A stretch of 64,000 bases of DNA, taken from the NCBI GenBank assembly GCA_965212055.1, contig OZ243041.1, forward strand, positions 672,001-736,000, given 5' to 3'. Shown here in pieces: positions 19,410 through 29,634 of this stretch. Position 1 is the stretch's first letter. The number at the start of each line of letters is the position of its first letter. Position numbers and translations under genes: made by a program. Under the pieces are notes generated by a model, which saw nothing but the letters and a program-made list of their open reading frames with translations, did not search any database and was not told the origin of the DNA. This stretch comes from Fidelibacterota bacterium. Lineage in GTDB: Bacteria; Fidelibacterota; Marinisomatia; Marinisomatales; Marinisomataceae.

Positions 19410-20996
19410 TTATTGCAGAATCATATCAGAAGCTTTCTCAGCTATCATAATTGTAGGAGCATTGGTGTTACCACGGGTTACATTAGGCATAACCGATGCA
19501 TCAACCACACGCAACTTTTTAATACCATGTACACGCAATTGTGAATCAACTACTGCCATATTATCTGTTCCCATTTTACAAGTACTGGTAGGATGATAAA
19601 CAGTTTCTGCAGTTTCTCGGATATAATCTTCAATCGCTTTATCATCAGTTAATGGCTGTTCTGGCATAAAATAGTCAGAGCGATAAGCTTTGAAAGCATC
19701 AGATAAACCAAGTTTTTCTGCAGTTTTATATCCAGCAATAGATCTTCTCATATCATCATCAGTGCTTAAGTAATTGTGATCAATACTTGGGCTCACCCGA
19801 AAATCTGAGGATGACAACTTTACTGAACCTTTACTAGTAGGATTCAAAACTAATCCACCAATTGAATATCCATTTCCTTTTTTAGGATTATCAAAACCAT
19901 GGTTTACAAAATAACAAGGTCCAAAATGAAACTGTATATCAACAGTAGGTTGATCTGCTGAAGACTTTATAAAACCACCTGCTTCTCCAATATTGCTAGT
20001 AAATGGCCCTTTCTTTGATAAAAGATATTGAAATAAATATTTTAATATTTTTGGGAATCTTTCTGCAGAATCTAAAGATCCTTTATAGCTAGAATTAAAG
20101 ATACTGGAAGATGTTAAATGATCTTGGAGATTCTTTCCTACTCCAGGTAAATGTTCTTTTACTGGAATTTTATGTTTTTGTAATTCTTGGCCATCACCAA
20201 TTCCAGATAGCATTAAAATTTGGGGACTATTATATGCTCCTGCACTTAAAATTACTTCTTTATTAACCACCACTTCACATGCTTTCCCTTTCTGATGATA
20301 AATCACTCCAGTAACACAATTATCTTCAATTACAATACGTTCTACTTGTGCATTGGCTTCAATAGTTAAATTTTTACGCTTGCTTGCAGGATGAAGATAA
20401 GCCCTAGCTGTACTACAGCGTGCGCCATCCTTATGGGTTACTTGATAAAGGCCAAATCCTTCCTGTTTGGTCCCATTAAAATCGGAATTGAATTTATAAC
20501 CTAATTCTTGTGCAGCTTTCACAAATACATCAGATAAAGGATTTGTATAAATACGATTAGTTACATTCAAAGGCCCACCTTGACTATGATATTCATCATT
20601 AATCGCTTCTTGATTCTCTGACTTCTTGAAATATGGTAATACCTCATCGTATGACCACCCTTCGTTACCAAGTGCGCTCCATTCATTATAATCATGTTTA
20701 CTTCCACGGATATAAATCATGGCATTAATACTACTAGATCCTCCCAAAGTTTTTCCTCGAGGAAGATATAATTCTCGATTTTTCATATTTTTTTGAGGGG
20801 TGGTAGCATAATCGTAATCAAATTTGGTCTTATAAAGTTTTGAAAATTGAGCAGGAATTTGAATATTGAGTGCTTTATCATTAGAACCAGATTCTAAAAT
20901 TAATACACTATTTTGACCATTAGCACTTAATCGGTTGGCCAATACGCAACCGGCAGAACCAGCACCAATAATTACGAAATCATAACTGTTTTTCAT
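19410..20996 (-). CDS. GMC family oxidoreductase (choline/alcohol dehydrogenase-like)
   Basis: GAGSAGCVLANRLS, PRGKTLGGSSSINAM, GKNLQDH, YHPTSTCKMG, GNTNAPTIMIAEKA. Confidence 0.94.
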   Translation of the reverse strand: MKNSYDFVIIGAGSAGCVLANRLSANGQNSVLILESGSNDKALNIQIPAQFSKLYKTKFDYDYATTPQKNMKNRELYLPRGKTLGGSSSINAMIYIRGSKHDYNEWSALGNEGWSYDEVLPYFKKSENQEAINDEYHSQGGPLNVTNRIYTNPLSDVFVKAAQELGYKFNSDFNGTKQEGFGLYQVTHKDGARCSTARAYLHPASKRKNLTIEANAQVERIVIEDNCVTGVIYHQKGKACEVVVNKEVILSAGAYNSPQILMLSGIGDGQELQKHKIPVKEHLPGVGKNLQDHLTSSSIFNSSYKGSLDSAERFPKILKYLFQYLLSKKGPFTSNIGEAGGFIKSSADQPTVDIQFHFGPCYFVNHGFDNPKKGNGYSIGGLVLNPTSKGSVKLSSSDFRVSPSIDHNYLSTDDDMRRSIAGYKTAEKLGLSDAFKAYRSDYFMPEQPLTDDKAIEDYIRETAETVYHPTSTCKMGTDNMAVVDSQLRVHGIKKLRVVDASVMPNVTRGNTNAPTIMIAEKASDMILQ

Positions 20997-21042
20997 ATTA
21001 AATGCTCCAAGATAAATCTACACAGAAAGTAAAAAAGAAAAA

Positions 21043-22431
21043 TTATAAATATTCTTTAGCAATTTTTTCACCCTCAGAAATATTAACTTTTGAAAGTACG
21101 AAAGCACCAAGAATGAACAGTATAAGAATAGATTGTAATCCAATACGAGCTGACAATACTTGATCTTTCTCTATTGATATAAAAGGAAATTCAGTATTCT
21201 GAATAAAATCTACAGGCATACTATTACTCAAGATTAAGGTCACTGATCCCATCAATAATGGACCCACAACAGCGGCAAATTTACCCCACATATTAAAAAA
21301 TCCAAAAAATTCAGCAGATTTATCCTCAGGAATAATGCGAGCATAAAAACTTCTACTAAGTGTTTGAATTCCTCCCTGGAAACAACCAATCATACCTGCA
21401 ATGACATAGAAATGCCATGCTTCAGTAACAAAATATCCAGAAATAATAATAATCATGTACGCAGCAATTGCAAAATAGATTGCATTCTTAATTCCTATTT
21501 TATCCGAAAATTTTACATAAAGTAAGGTTGCAAAAAATGCTATGAATTGAACCAATACAAGAGCTCCCATAATTGTTGTACTATCAAAACCAATTGTAAT
21601 TCCAAAATCAGCTGCCATTCTTACTGTAGTATCTACACCGTCAATATAAAGCCAGTATGCAATCAAAAATGTAAAGACAACTTTAAGATGTCGTATCTCA
21701 TTAAAAGTATTTTTTAACTGTTTAAAACCAGATTTAATAGTTTGAAGAGTAGTTTCAGTTTTGTGATATTTTGGTTCTTTAACAAATAATAGAATTGGAA
21801 TAGAAAATATTGCCCACCACAATGCAACACTTATAAAAGACCATTTAATTCCTCTTACAGTATCAGTTCCTATTGATACAAAAGGAAATTCAGTACTTTG
21901 AAAAAATCCTATAAAACCAAAAATATTTACAGAATATGGTTCTGTAATCATAAGAAAATTGATTACAATCAGAATACCTCCACCGATATAACCTAGAGCG
22001 TATCCTAAACCAGAGACATAGTCGACATTGTGGTTTTTACTTACAGCTGGTAAAAGCGAATCATAAAATGTATTTGCACCTGAAAATCCAATTGTAGCAA
22101 TAACATAGATTAGAAGTGCAAGCTGCCACATTCCTTGACTAATAAGGGAAAGTCCAGCCGTCATAAGAATGCCCAGAAAAGCAAAAAATACTAGAAATCT
22201 TTTTTTATAAGTTCCCCTATCAGCAATTGCTCCTAAAATAGGAGCCAATAAAACAACAACAATAGATGCAACTGAATTTGCTATTCCTAGATAAAAAGTG
22301 CTTTCTGATAGGTTCTCTGGATTAGACCAATATTGTGCGAAAAAAATTGGGAAAAATCCTGCCATAACTGTAGTTGCAAAAGCAGAGTTAGCCCAATCAT
22401 ATAATGCCCAGCTATAGATACTTTTTTTCAC
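21043..22431 (-). CDS. MFS transporter, UMF1/ATG22-like
   Basis: WALYDWANSAF, APILGAIAD, FYDSLLP, YIDGV, SRSFYARIIP...EFFGF; GTG start. Confidence 0.9.
   Translation of the reverse strand: MKKSIYSWALYDWANSAFATTVMAGFFPIFFAQYWSNPENLSESTFYLGIANSVASIVVVLLAPILGAIADRGTYKKRFLVFFAFLGILMTAGLSLISQGMWQLALLIYVIATIGFSGANTFYDSLLPAVSKNHNVDYVSGLGYALGYIGGGILIVINFLMITEPYSVNIFGFIGFFQSTEFPFVSIGTDTVRGIKWSFISVALWWAIFSIPILLFVKEPKYHKTETTLQTIKSGFKQLKNTFNEIRHLKVVFTFLIAYWLYIDGVDTTVRMAADFGITIGFDSTTIMGALVLVQFIAFFATLLYVKFSDKIGIKNAIYFAIAAYMIIIISGYFVTEAWHFYVIAGMIGCFQGGIQTLSRSFYARIIPEDKSAEFFGFFNMWGKFAAVVGPLLMGSVTLILSNSMPVDFIQNTEFPFISIEKDQVLSARIGLQSILILFILGAFVLSKVNISEGEKIAKEYL
21171..21203. repeat. Copy A of an intragenic 33-bp direct repeat
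   Basis: ctattgatataaaaggaaattcagtattctgaa; 30/33 identical to 21870-21902. Confidence 0.85.
21870..21902. repeat. Copy B of an intragenic 33-bp direct repeat
   Basis: ctattgatacaaaaggaaattcagtactttgaa; 699 bp (233 codons) from copy A, same frame. Confidence 0.85.
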
Positions 22432-22433
22432 CG

Positions 22434-23747
22434 TTATCCCTTCCTGATAGACAACTTAAGAGTTATCCCTTTGAAATCAAAAGACTCCCTCAATGCATTA
22501 TGAAGATATCGTTTATAAGGCACCGAAATCAACTTTGGATAATTACAGAAAAAAGCAAATAAAGGCGGTGAAATTTGGACTTCATCAATAAATTTTATCT
22601 TTATTGATTTGCCTTGTAATGCTGGCGGTGGATATTTTTGTACTGTTTTTGCCAACCAATTATTTAATTCCTTAGTATTAATTTTTTCTTTGTGCTTATT
22701 AAACACCTCCCACGCTTCAGACAAGATATTCGAAATACGTCTTTTTGTAAGTGCAGAAACAAACAAGATAGGATAGTATTCTAAGAGACGAAAAGAATCA
22801 AACATATCCAACATAAATGAATCTGCTAAAATATCTTTTTTTGAAGTCAAATCCCACTTATTAACAAGAATAATCATCGATTTTCCTTTTTTAATAATTT
22901 GGCTTGCAATTGTTTTATCTTGTTTTGTAAATCCTTTTTCAGCATCAATGACGAACAATACAACATCAGATCTCATTAAAGAATCGATTGCTCTTAATGA
23001 GCTATAAAATTCGATATCAGTATCAACTTTACTTTTTTTACGCAATCCTGCTGTATCAACAATCTTTACTGTTTTTCCATGCCACTGAATGTTGGTATCA
23101 ATTGAATCACGAGTAGTACCAGCAACCTCTGAAACAATGGCCTGTTCTTTTTGAATAATGCTATTAAGCAGAGATGATTTCCCAACATTGGGCATACCTA
23201 CTATAGATATAGAAAAAGATTCATTTGTATCAACTGCTTTAGAAGAATCAGATTCATCTAACAAAATATCTAGAACATCACCAACTCCTGAACCATTAAG
23301 AGCTGAGATACCAATTGGATCATCTAATCCAAGATCAAAAAAAGAGATTGTATTATTTTTGAGTTGTTCTGGAGTATCGCACTTATTTACGGCCAAAACA
23401 TATTTTTTGTCTGATTGTCTAACAATTTTTTCCAAATGTTGATCATTTGGATTTAATCCATCTTTTCCATCAACAAGAAAAATAATAGAATCACACTCTT
23501 TTACCGCTTCTACAATCTGTTCTCTAATTTTCTCACTAAAGCTATCTTCATCTGAATCGACAAAACCACCCGTATCTATAACATCAAATTTTTTATCTAA
23601 CCATTCGCCTGATGCATAAATTCTATCACGTGTAACTCCTGCTGTTGGGTTAACAATAGATGTTCTTTTTCCGCACAATTTGTTAAAAAGTGTCGACTTT
23701 CCAACGTTAGGACGTCCGATAATAACAATCTTTAGTTTTTTGCTCAT
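22434..23747 (-). CDS. der: Ribosome biogenesis GTPase Der (EngA)
   Basis: Two G-domains: GRPNVGKST/GVTRD/DTGG/NKCD and GMPNVGKSS/GTTRD/DTAG/NKWD, then a KH-like tail. Confidence 0.97.
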   Translation of the reverse strand: MSKKLKIVIIGRPNVGKSTLFNKLCGKRTSIVNPTAGVTRDRIYASGEWLDKKFDVIDTGGFVDSDEDSFSEKIREQIVEAVKECDSIIFLVDGKDGLNPNDQHLEKIVRQSDKKYVLAVNKCDTPEQLKNNTISFFDLGLDDPIGISALNGSGVGDVLDILLDESDSSKAVDTNESFSISIVGMPNVGKSSLLNSIIQKEQAIVSEVAGTTRDSIDTNIQWHGKTVKIVDTAGLRKKSKVDTDIEFYSSLRAIDSLMRSDVVLFVIDAEKGFTKQDKTIASQIIKKGKSMIILVNKWDLTSKKDILADSFMLDMFDSFRLLEYYPILFVSALTKRRISNILSEAWEVFNKHKEKINTKELNNWLAKTVQKYPPPALQGKSIKIKFIDEVQISPPLFAFFCNYPKLISVPYKRYLHNALRESFDFKGITLKLSIRKG

Positions 23748-23790
23748 TTCGATGGATTATACAACTAAGCGGATTTTGGTGCTATAAAAT

Positions 23791-24213
23791 TTATTTGGAA
23801 AGAGAAAACAACAAATCTATCCAAAGGATTAAAGAAACTAGCCATGCAATTCCAAAAAAAGATGCTCTTCGAAGGACTACAGGATTTATTTCTCTAACAG
23901 CAAAATGAATGGCTCTTGCAACAACATATATCCAAGCCATGATAATGGTAAATTGAGTTACGTGATTTGTTACAAATGCTAAAATACAATACAAATAAAA
24001 AAATAATGGTGCTTGATGTAAATTTTTATAATGCTCTCTAGAAGATTGTACTTTTTTAGGAACTTCTTTCCATGGAAACATATACTTCATCCATCGAGGA
24101 TCCATTTCTTTATCTTTAATTGCTTGAATAACAGTATTTCGATTAAGATAAGCTTGAAAATACGTTAAAAATACAAGAGGAAAGATTGGAAACAGTATTT
24201 GTACTGATTCCAT
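23791..24213 (-). CDS. MAPEG family membrane protein
   Basis: YKNLHQAPLFFY, AWIYVVARAIH, RR..FF pattern. Confidence 0.75.
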   Translation of the reverse strand: MESVQILFPIFPLVFLTYFQAYLNRNTVIQAIKDKEMDPRWMKYMFPWKEVPKKVQSSREHYKNLHQAPLFFYLYCILAFVTNHVTQFTIIMAWIYVVARAIHFAVREINPVVLRRASFFGIAWLVSLILWIDLLFSLSK

Positions 24214-25209
24214 TTATTGACCCAAATAAACTCGGAGAGGTTCACTACGTGTTTTATGCGCAAGACGTCTTATTGCTTTCTCTTTAATTTGACGCACACG
24301 TTCACGTGTTAGACTAAATTGTTCACCAATCTCATTTAGTGTAAAAGATCGATCTCGATTAATGCCAAAATACATCTCAATCACAGAACGTTCTCTATCT
24401 GTTAGAGTGCTTAAAGCAGATGCAATTTCTTCCTTCATAGAAGTATCCATTACTTTGTTATCAGGATCTTTTTCTTGCTCATCCTCAATAACATTAATAA
24501 GCGAACTGTCTTCTCCATCAGAGAACGGTGCATCTAATGAACTATGTCTTCTCGAATACTGTAGAGCATTGAATACTTCATTGGTTCCAATATCAAGCTG
24601 ATGACTAATTTCTTCAACTTTTGGTTGTCTACCAATCTCTGCTTCTAATTTTTCAGCTGCTTTGGTAATCTTTGTAATTGTACCTACACGATTTAAAGGC
24701 AATCTAATTAATCGTCCTTGTTCAGCAAGTGCTTGTAAGATAGCTTGTCTAATCCACCATACTGCATATGAAATAAATTTAAAACCTCTTGATGGATCAA
24801 AACGTTTTGCGGCCTTAATCAATCCTAAATTTCCTTCATTGATAATGTCAGAAAGAGATAACCCATTTCCTTGGTATTTTTTTGCAACAGAAACAACAAA
24901 TCTTAGGTTTGCTTCAACCAATTCTTTCATTGCTGCTTTATCGCCTTTTTCTATTCGAACTGCAAGTTCTACTTCTCTTTCTGGTGGCAAAGGTTCATAT
25001 TGAGAGATTTCTGACAAATACATGCTAATAGTCCCGCTAGCAACCTTTGATCGTCTAATTTTTTCGTTAGCACGTTCCTTTGCAGCCTTTACCTTGTCTT
25101 CTGCTGACAGCTCTACTTCAATCTCTGTTGCAAGCGTATCGGCATCAGTTCCTTCGATACTATTTAGCTCTTTTTCTAATTGTTTTTTGGAAAGTTTTTT
25201 TGCACTCAA
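24214..25209 (-). CDS. rpoD: RNA polymerase sigma-70 factor, RpoD/SigA family (short Bacteroidota-like type)
   Basis: YLSEI (region 1.2), ANLRFVVSVAKKY, EGNLGLIKAA, FKFISYAVWWIRQAILQAL, TRERVRQIKEKA; TTG start with GAGG SD. Confidence 0.92.
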   Translation of the reverse strand: MSAKKLSKKQLEKELNSIEGTDADTLATEIEVELSAEDKVKAAKERANEKIRRSKVASGTISMYLSEISQYEPLPPEREVELAVRIEKGDKAAMKELVEANLRFVVSVAKKYQGNGLSLSDIINEGNLGLIKAAKRFDPSRGFKFISYAVWWIRQAILQALAEQGRLIRLPLNRVGTITKITKAAEKLEAEIGRQPKVEEISHQLDIGTNEVFNALQYSRRHSSLDAPFSDGEDSSLINVIEDEQEKDPDNKVMDTSMKEEIASALSTLTDRERSVIEMYFGINRDRSFTLNEIGEQFSLTRERVRQIKEKAIRRLAHKTRSEPLRVYLGQ

Positions 25210-25254
25210 CTGATCATTCCTCTTTGAAAAAATATTGATCTTATCACGACTGAG

Positions 25255-25282
25255 AATTTACAAAATTATTTATATTTTCCAA
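25255..25282 (-). promoter_or_regulatory. Putative promoter of the sigma factor gene
   Basis: Minus strand TTGGAA-16 nt-TAAATT, about 45 nt upstream of the start. Confidence 0.4.
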
Positions 25283-25323
25283 GCCATTTATATATGATTC
25301 AATTATTACTAAAAAGTAAAAAA

Positions 25324-26166
25324 TTATTTTTTGAAACTAGAAATAGCGTCTTTAAGATCGACAAATTTAAATTGATACCCACTTTCAAGAGTATGTTTTG
25401 GGATAGTTTCATAACCATATTCCAACATTTCAGTCATTGGAATAATATTTCTAAGAAAAGAAATTGGTATAACTATAGAATTAAAATCTTGATGAGTAAT
25501 AGGATTGGGTGAAACCAAATTAAATGGTCCTTTTATATCATGTGTCATTGAGAATTCAATAAAACCAACTACATCATCAATATGAATCCAAGGAAAAAAA
25601 TGATTCTTAGCACCTAGATGAGGAACAAATCTTACAAGATTATAGAATTCTTTTGTTAAAACAACACCAATACGCAAATTTATAACGCGTATTCCTTCTT
25701 TTGTAAAAATATCACATGATTCTTCGTTTAGTTTACATACATCTGCCAGAAAAGTATCTCCATTAGGAGAAAATTCATCAACAGATTCACTATAGACTGC
25801 ATCTTTTCTAGCATAAAAACCTACTGCAGAAGCATTGATAAGCATTTGAGGTTTAATATGATTCATTTCAAGAAAATTCTTTAAATCTTTTGTAATATCT
25901 ACTCTGCTAGACTTGATTCTTTTCTTAATTTTCTTAGTCCAAATCTGCATCACAGATTCTCCGCTCAATTTTATAACAATATTAATATCTTTTAATAAAT
26001 CAGAATTATTTGTATTCCAATCAACTAAAGAAACATTCTCATCAAACTTTTTAGAATATTTTTTTGGATTTCTTGATAAAAGAACTATATGATGATCTTT
26101 TTTTGATAATGATTCGACTAATTTTGTACCAATAGTCCCCGTACCGCCAACAATGAGAATGTTCAC
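25324..26166 (-). CDS. NAD-dependent epimerase, TIGR01777/YfcH family
   Basis: GGTGTIG, SRVDIT, ASAVGFY, FLADVC, LRIGVVL, PWIHIDD, GPFNLVSP. Confidence 0.88.
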   Translation of the reverse strand: MNILIVGGTGTIGTKLVESLSKKDHHIVLLSRNPKKYSKKFDENVSLVDWNTNNSDLLKDINIVIKLSGESVMQIWTKKIKKRIKSSRVDITKDLKNFLEMNHIKPQMLINASAVGFYARKDAVYSESVDEFSPNGDTFLADVCKLNEESCDIFTKEGIRVINLRIGVVLTKEFYNLVRFVPHLGAKNHFFPWIHIDDVVGFIEFSMTHDIKGPFNLVSPNPITHQDFNSIVIPISFLRNIIPMTEMLEYGYETIPKHTLESGYQFKFVDLKDAISSFKK

Positions 26167-26906
26167 TTCTTGGAAAGACTACCTACAACAGCTTTGACTT
26201 TTGCTTGTGTTTCGCTACTGAACCAATTATCAATTAATATCTCATAATCAAAATTCGTATCATGCATTAAAGATTGCTTTAACCTAACAAATGGCTCTCC
26301 AGCATCTATATAAAATTTTGCCAATTCTTTTGCTTTTTTCAGAGCTTGAGATGTGGCTCTCTTTTTGCCTGTTAACCGATGTCCAATTAATTCATTAATA
26401 AGACCTTTTTTGTGAGCTTGCGAAGGAGTATACATTTTACATTGTGTTGCAACTTCAAAAAGGTTATCCCTGCTAATTGAATGAGATATAATGGATAACA
26501 TATCTGGAGGCAAATCAATACCTATATACATTTCATTAAGACCCATTCTATGTGTTCCATGTATTCCATAGCGATAGTCAGATGCTAGTGCTAACAAACA
26601 CCCTCCAGCAATAGCGTGACCGCCAACTATGCTAATCACCGGCCCAGGGAATTCTCTGCATGCCGTAAAAAGATCTCCAAGAGTACCAAAAATAAGAGAA
26701 ACTTCCTTTCGTTCTTTCGCACTCATTAAATCTTTTAGATTCAGACCAGCGCTAAATACTTTTTCATTGCCAAGAATAATAACAGCCTTGCATTCATTAT
26801 AATTTAATTCTTTGATAATTTTTTTTACTCTGTCAACGCTTAAAAGATTTGGGCCTTTATCCCCCATTCGAATAATTTTAATTTCATTTTCTACTGTAAC
26901 ATTCAT
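26163..26906 (-). CDS. Enoyl-CoA hydratase/isomerase
   Basis: FSAGLNL, GHAIAGGCLLALASDYR, MGLNE. Confidence 0.88.
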   Translation of the reverse strand: MNVTVENEIKIIRMGDKGPNLLSVDRVKKIIKELNYNECKAVIILGNEKVFSAGLNLKDLMSAKERKEVSLIFGTLGDLFTACREFPGPVISIVGGHAIAGGCLLALASDYRYGIHGTHRMGLNEMYIGIDLPPDMLSIISHSISRDNLFEVATQCKMYTPSQAHKKGLINELIGHRLTGKKRATSQALKKAKELAKFYIDAGEPFVRLKQSLMHDTNFDYEILIDNWFSSETQAKVKAVVGSLSKK

Positions 26907-26917
26907 TTTAATATCCT

Positions 26918-27322
26918 TTATTCCATTTGTTCTCTAATAACATCAAATACCGGAACAGTCTTTTGAGCAACATAATCAAAGCAAACCAAGGTAGTAATGC
27001 ATTTAACTGCACAATCAGTTTCACCCTTTAAAAATAAACCATATTCATAATCAAAACTCTTATTGCCTATTCTCGAAACTTTAATCCCTATATCTACTTC
27101 TTTCGGATGCTTGACTTGTTTATAAAAATCTAATTTCATTGATGCAACAATAAATGGAAAAGAATTTTTATTATAAGCATCTAACCCTAAATCTTTCGCA
27201 TGACGTATTCTAGCATCTTCAAAATAAGCTACAACTGTTCCATGGTTAAGATGTCCCAACATATCTTCATCATACCATCGGGTTTCTAGATCATAAAAAG
27301 TTTTAAATTGTTCTCGTGTCAT
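26918..27322 (-). CDS. Acyl-CoA thioesterase (4HBT/YbgC-like)
   Basis: RWYDEDMLGHLNH...YFEDAR, IGNKSF. Confidence 0.88.
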   Translation of the reverse strand: MTREQFKTFYDLETRWYDEDMLGHLNHGTVVAYFEDARIRHAKDLGLDAYNKNSFPFIVASMKLDFYKQVKHPKEVDIGIKVSRIGNKSFDYEYGLFLKGETDCAVKCITTLVCFDYVAQKTVPVFDVIREQME

Positions 27323-27708
27323 TATTTAATTAAGAATTGTGAATTTTCATTAGGAAAAATACATTTTTCTTTTTTTCCAAACCAGCTATATCTTTTCCTT
27401 GAGACCAAATTGTATAGTTTATCTGCTAAAAATCTTGGAATAATAAATCTCAAATATTGCAAGGGATGATTTAAAAATTTTAAGATTATAAATGCCGCTT
27501 CCGATTTTTTGAAAACTAAATCACCTTGTTTTACAATAACAGTATCGATATCTGAGATTTCATCTATATTGAGGGTTCTTTTGGCATAATTAGATTGCAA
27601 GGGACTATACTGAATTTTCTTTTCATGATCGTGTCTTATAGAAAAATCAACAAGATTAGAACACAAAAAACAAATTCCATCGTAGTATATAACTAATTGA
27701 TGTTTCAT
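27322..27708 (-). CDS. DCC1-like thiol-disulfide oxidoreductase (DUF393)
   Basis: YDGICFLC, LQS, Y..VSRKRYSWFG...C. Confidence 0.88.
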   Translation of the reverse strand: MKHQLVIYYDGICFLCSNLVDFSIRHDHEKKIQYSPLQSNYAKRTLNIDEISDIDTVIVKQGDLVFKKSEAAFIILKFLNHPLQYLRFIIPRFLADKLYNLVSRKRYSWFGKKEKCIFPNENSQFLIK

Positions 27709-28361
27709 TAAAAAATAAAAGGAATAATAAAAGCTGTTTTCTTTTTGTATTCTTTATGCTCTTCAAAGCGAGATAAAGATTTATCAATTCGAATCATCCC
27801 AGGAATCCATATAGAGAGTACAAATGCGCCTAAAATTAGTATTGGTACCCACCAAAGGCTGGATTCAATAGTTAAAAGGAGAAAACCAGTATAAATTAAT
27901 AATTCGCCAAAATAATTTGGATGCCTGCAATGCTTCCATAAACCTTCTGTCATCAATCCTGAATTATGTTTTAAAAAGATATGCTTCTGCATATCTGACA
28001 CAAAATGATAGAATACACCAAAAATAAAAATAATAATTGAAGCTACTATCATTTGCGGAGAAGCTACATGCCCTTGGGTTGTTATAATAAAAGCAGGAGA
28101 CCAATATGCCATCAAGCAAAAAAGCATAAAAATAGCATATGGTAGATTTGCCTTTTCTTCCCAGCTTTTGTCAGGGAAAATATTGCTCTTCATTACCCAC
28201 ATAATTCCATATGAGCCATGTAAACAGAAATAAATCCACGCTGTGATATTATCTTTATGGAAAATGCTTTCCTGTTCATTAAAACAACAAATCAGGCCAA
28301 GGACAACTATCCAAGTGACACTTTTAGAAAAATCAATAACGTATTTTTGTTTAATTCGCAT
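27708..28361 (-). CDS. DUF1295 / steroid 5-alpha-reductase-like membrane protein
   Basis: HGSYG, SDMQK, GLWKHCRHPNYFGE. Confidence 0.82.
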   Translation of the reverse strand: MRIKQKYVIDFSKSVTWIVVLGLICCFNEQESIFHKDNITAWIYFCLHGSYGIMWVMKSNIFPDKSWEEKANLPYAIFMLFCLMAYWSPAFIITTQGHVASPQMIVASIIIFIFGVFYHFVSDMQKHIFLKHNSGLMTEGLWKHCRHPNYFGELLIYTGFLLLTIESSLWWVPILILGAFVLSIWIPGMIRIDKSLSRFEEHKEYKKKTAFIIPFIF

Positions 28362-28447
28362 AAAAGAAAAATGGTATTAAAGAAATTAATAAAACAATAA
28401 TAATAGTTATAACTGATTTCTTATATTTGTTAATTAATTCTTCTTTT

Positions 28448-28825
28448 TTATTCATTGGCTAATGCATCCCACGCAAGCATACCACCGTCAACATTAACAG
28501 CAGTAAAATTATTGGTATTTAGAATGTCTTTCCCTCTGTTAGATCGGTTACCACTTCGACATACTACATAGATTGTTTTATCTTTCACAGAATCTAGCTC
28601 ATTTAATCTATCTGCAAGGTCATCAATAGGAATAAGCATTGCCCCTTCAATATGTCCCAAAGGACCATAAAATTCTTCTTCTGTTCTAACATCAAGAACG
28701 ACTGTATCATCGGCTAATACGCTGGATTTAAACTCTTCCATGGTAACAATATCATTAAATTCTGTTTTTGCACAACACATTAACAAAAAGATAGCTAAAA
28801 AAATTGAAAATAAATATTTAATCAT
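28448..28825 (-). CDS. Rhodanese-like domain lipoprotein
   Basis: Lipobox-like LLMCC, LDVRT.EE...GHIEGA, CRSGNRS, GGMLAW. Confidence 0.88.
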   Translation of the reverse strand: MIKYLFSIFLAIFLLMCCAKTEFNDIVTMEEFKSSVLADDTVVLDVRTEEEFYGPLGHIEGAMLIPIDDLADRLNELDSVKDKTIYVVCRSGNRSNRGKDILNTNNFTAVNVDGGMLAWDALANE

Positions 28826-28918
28826 TTTTTCTTCTCTGTATATAACGTTTGATAGTAAAAATATTAAACAATGTGGCTAAAATAACCAACACTGTCATTA
28901 AGATTATTGTTCCTTTCA

Positions 28919-29611
28919 TCAGTCAATTTCCGTTCCAAATACTTTATCCCATAGTGTAAATGTAGAAGCATAATTACCTCTATTTTTTGAGTGATGGAGA
29001 TCATGATGTTCAGTAGTACCATAGAAAGGAATTAAAGATGTGATCTTTGATGATTTGATTCCAGAATGGATGTCTAACTCATGTAGATTTCTTAACGCAG
29101 ACATCGCCCAAAATGCATAAATATTTATTTCAGCAAAAGATGCAATAACTACTAAACCAATAAAAGGACCGATAGCTCCGAAAAACCATTCTAAAGGATG
29201 GGTAAAAATATATTCCATTGGAATGGGCATTGTAGATCGATGATGGGTTTTATGAATATGTTTATATAAAAACTTCGTATGTAAAGCTGAATGATAAAAA
29301 TAGAAATATAAATCATCTATCAGAAAAATTAAAACCAACTGCCAGACAAACACCCAAACTGTCGGTAATTCAAAAGCAATAAAATCTTGAAGAAGAAAAA
29401 CACCAACGATTCCTACACCTAATAAGATAGAAATATTAAATAAAATTAGAGGGAATCTTTCATAAAAACGCTTAGCGAAATACTCCTTTGGTTGAATACG
29501 ATAATCATTAATAAGATTAGTATGTAAAATCAACGCTGTGTATATATATCCTATAAGATTGGTACAAAAAAGAATGGCTACAGTAATCAATATTGCTGTG
29601 GTTATCTCCAT
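28919..29611 (-). CDS. Sterol desaturase / fatty acid hydroxylase family protein
   Basis: His boxes YHSALH, HKTHH, HPLE, HELDIHSG, HHDLHH and WDKVFGT. Confidence 0.9.
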   Translation of the reverse strand: MEITTAILITVAILFCTNLIGYIYTALILHTNLINDYRIQPKEYFAKRFYERFPLILFNISILLGVGIVGVFLLQDFIAFELPTVWVFVWQLVLIFLIDDLYFYFYHSALHTKFLYKHIHKTHHRSTMPIPMEYIFTHPLEWFFGAIGPFIGLVVIASFAEINIYAFWAMSALRNLHELDIHSGIKSSKITSLIPFYGTTEHHDLHHSKNRGNYASTFTLWDKVFGTEID

Positions 29612-29634
29612 AATGCCGTAATTTAGCTTACATG

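Noticed and set aside
25294..25512. 72-aa plus-strand ORF starting in the gap above rpoD
   Set aside because: Almost entirely antisense to the TIGR01777 gene and has no recognisable features.
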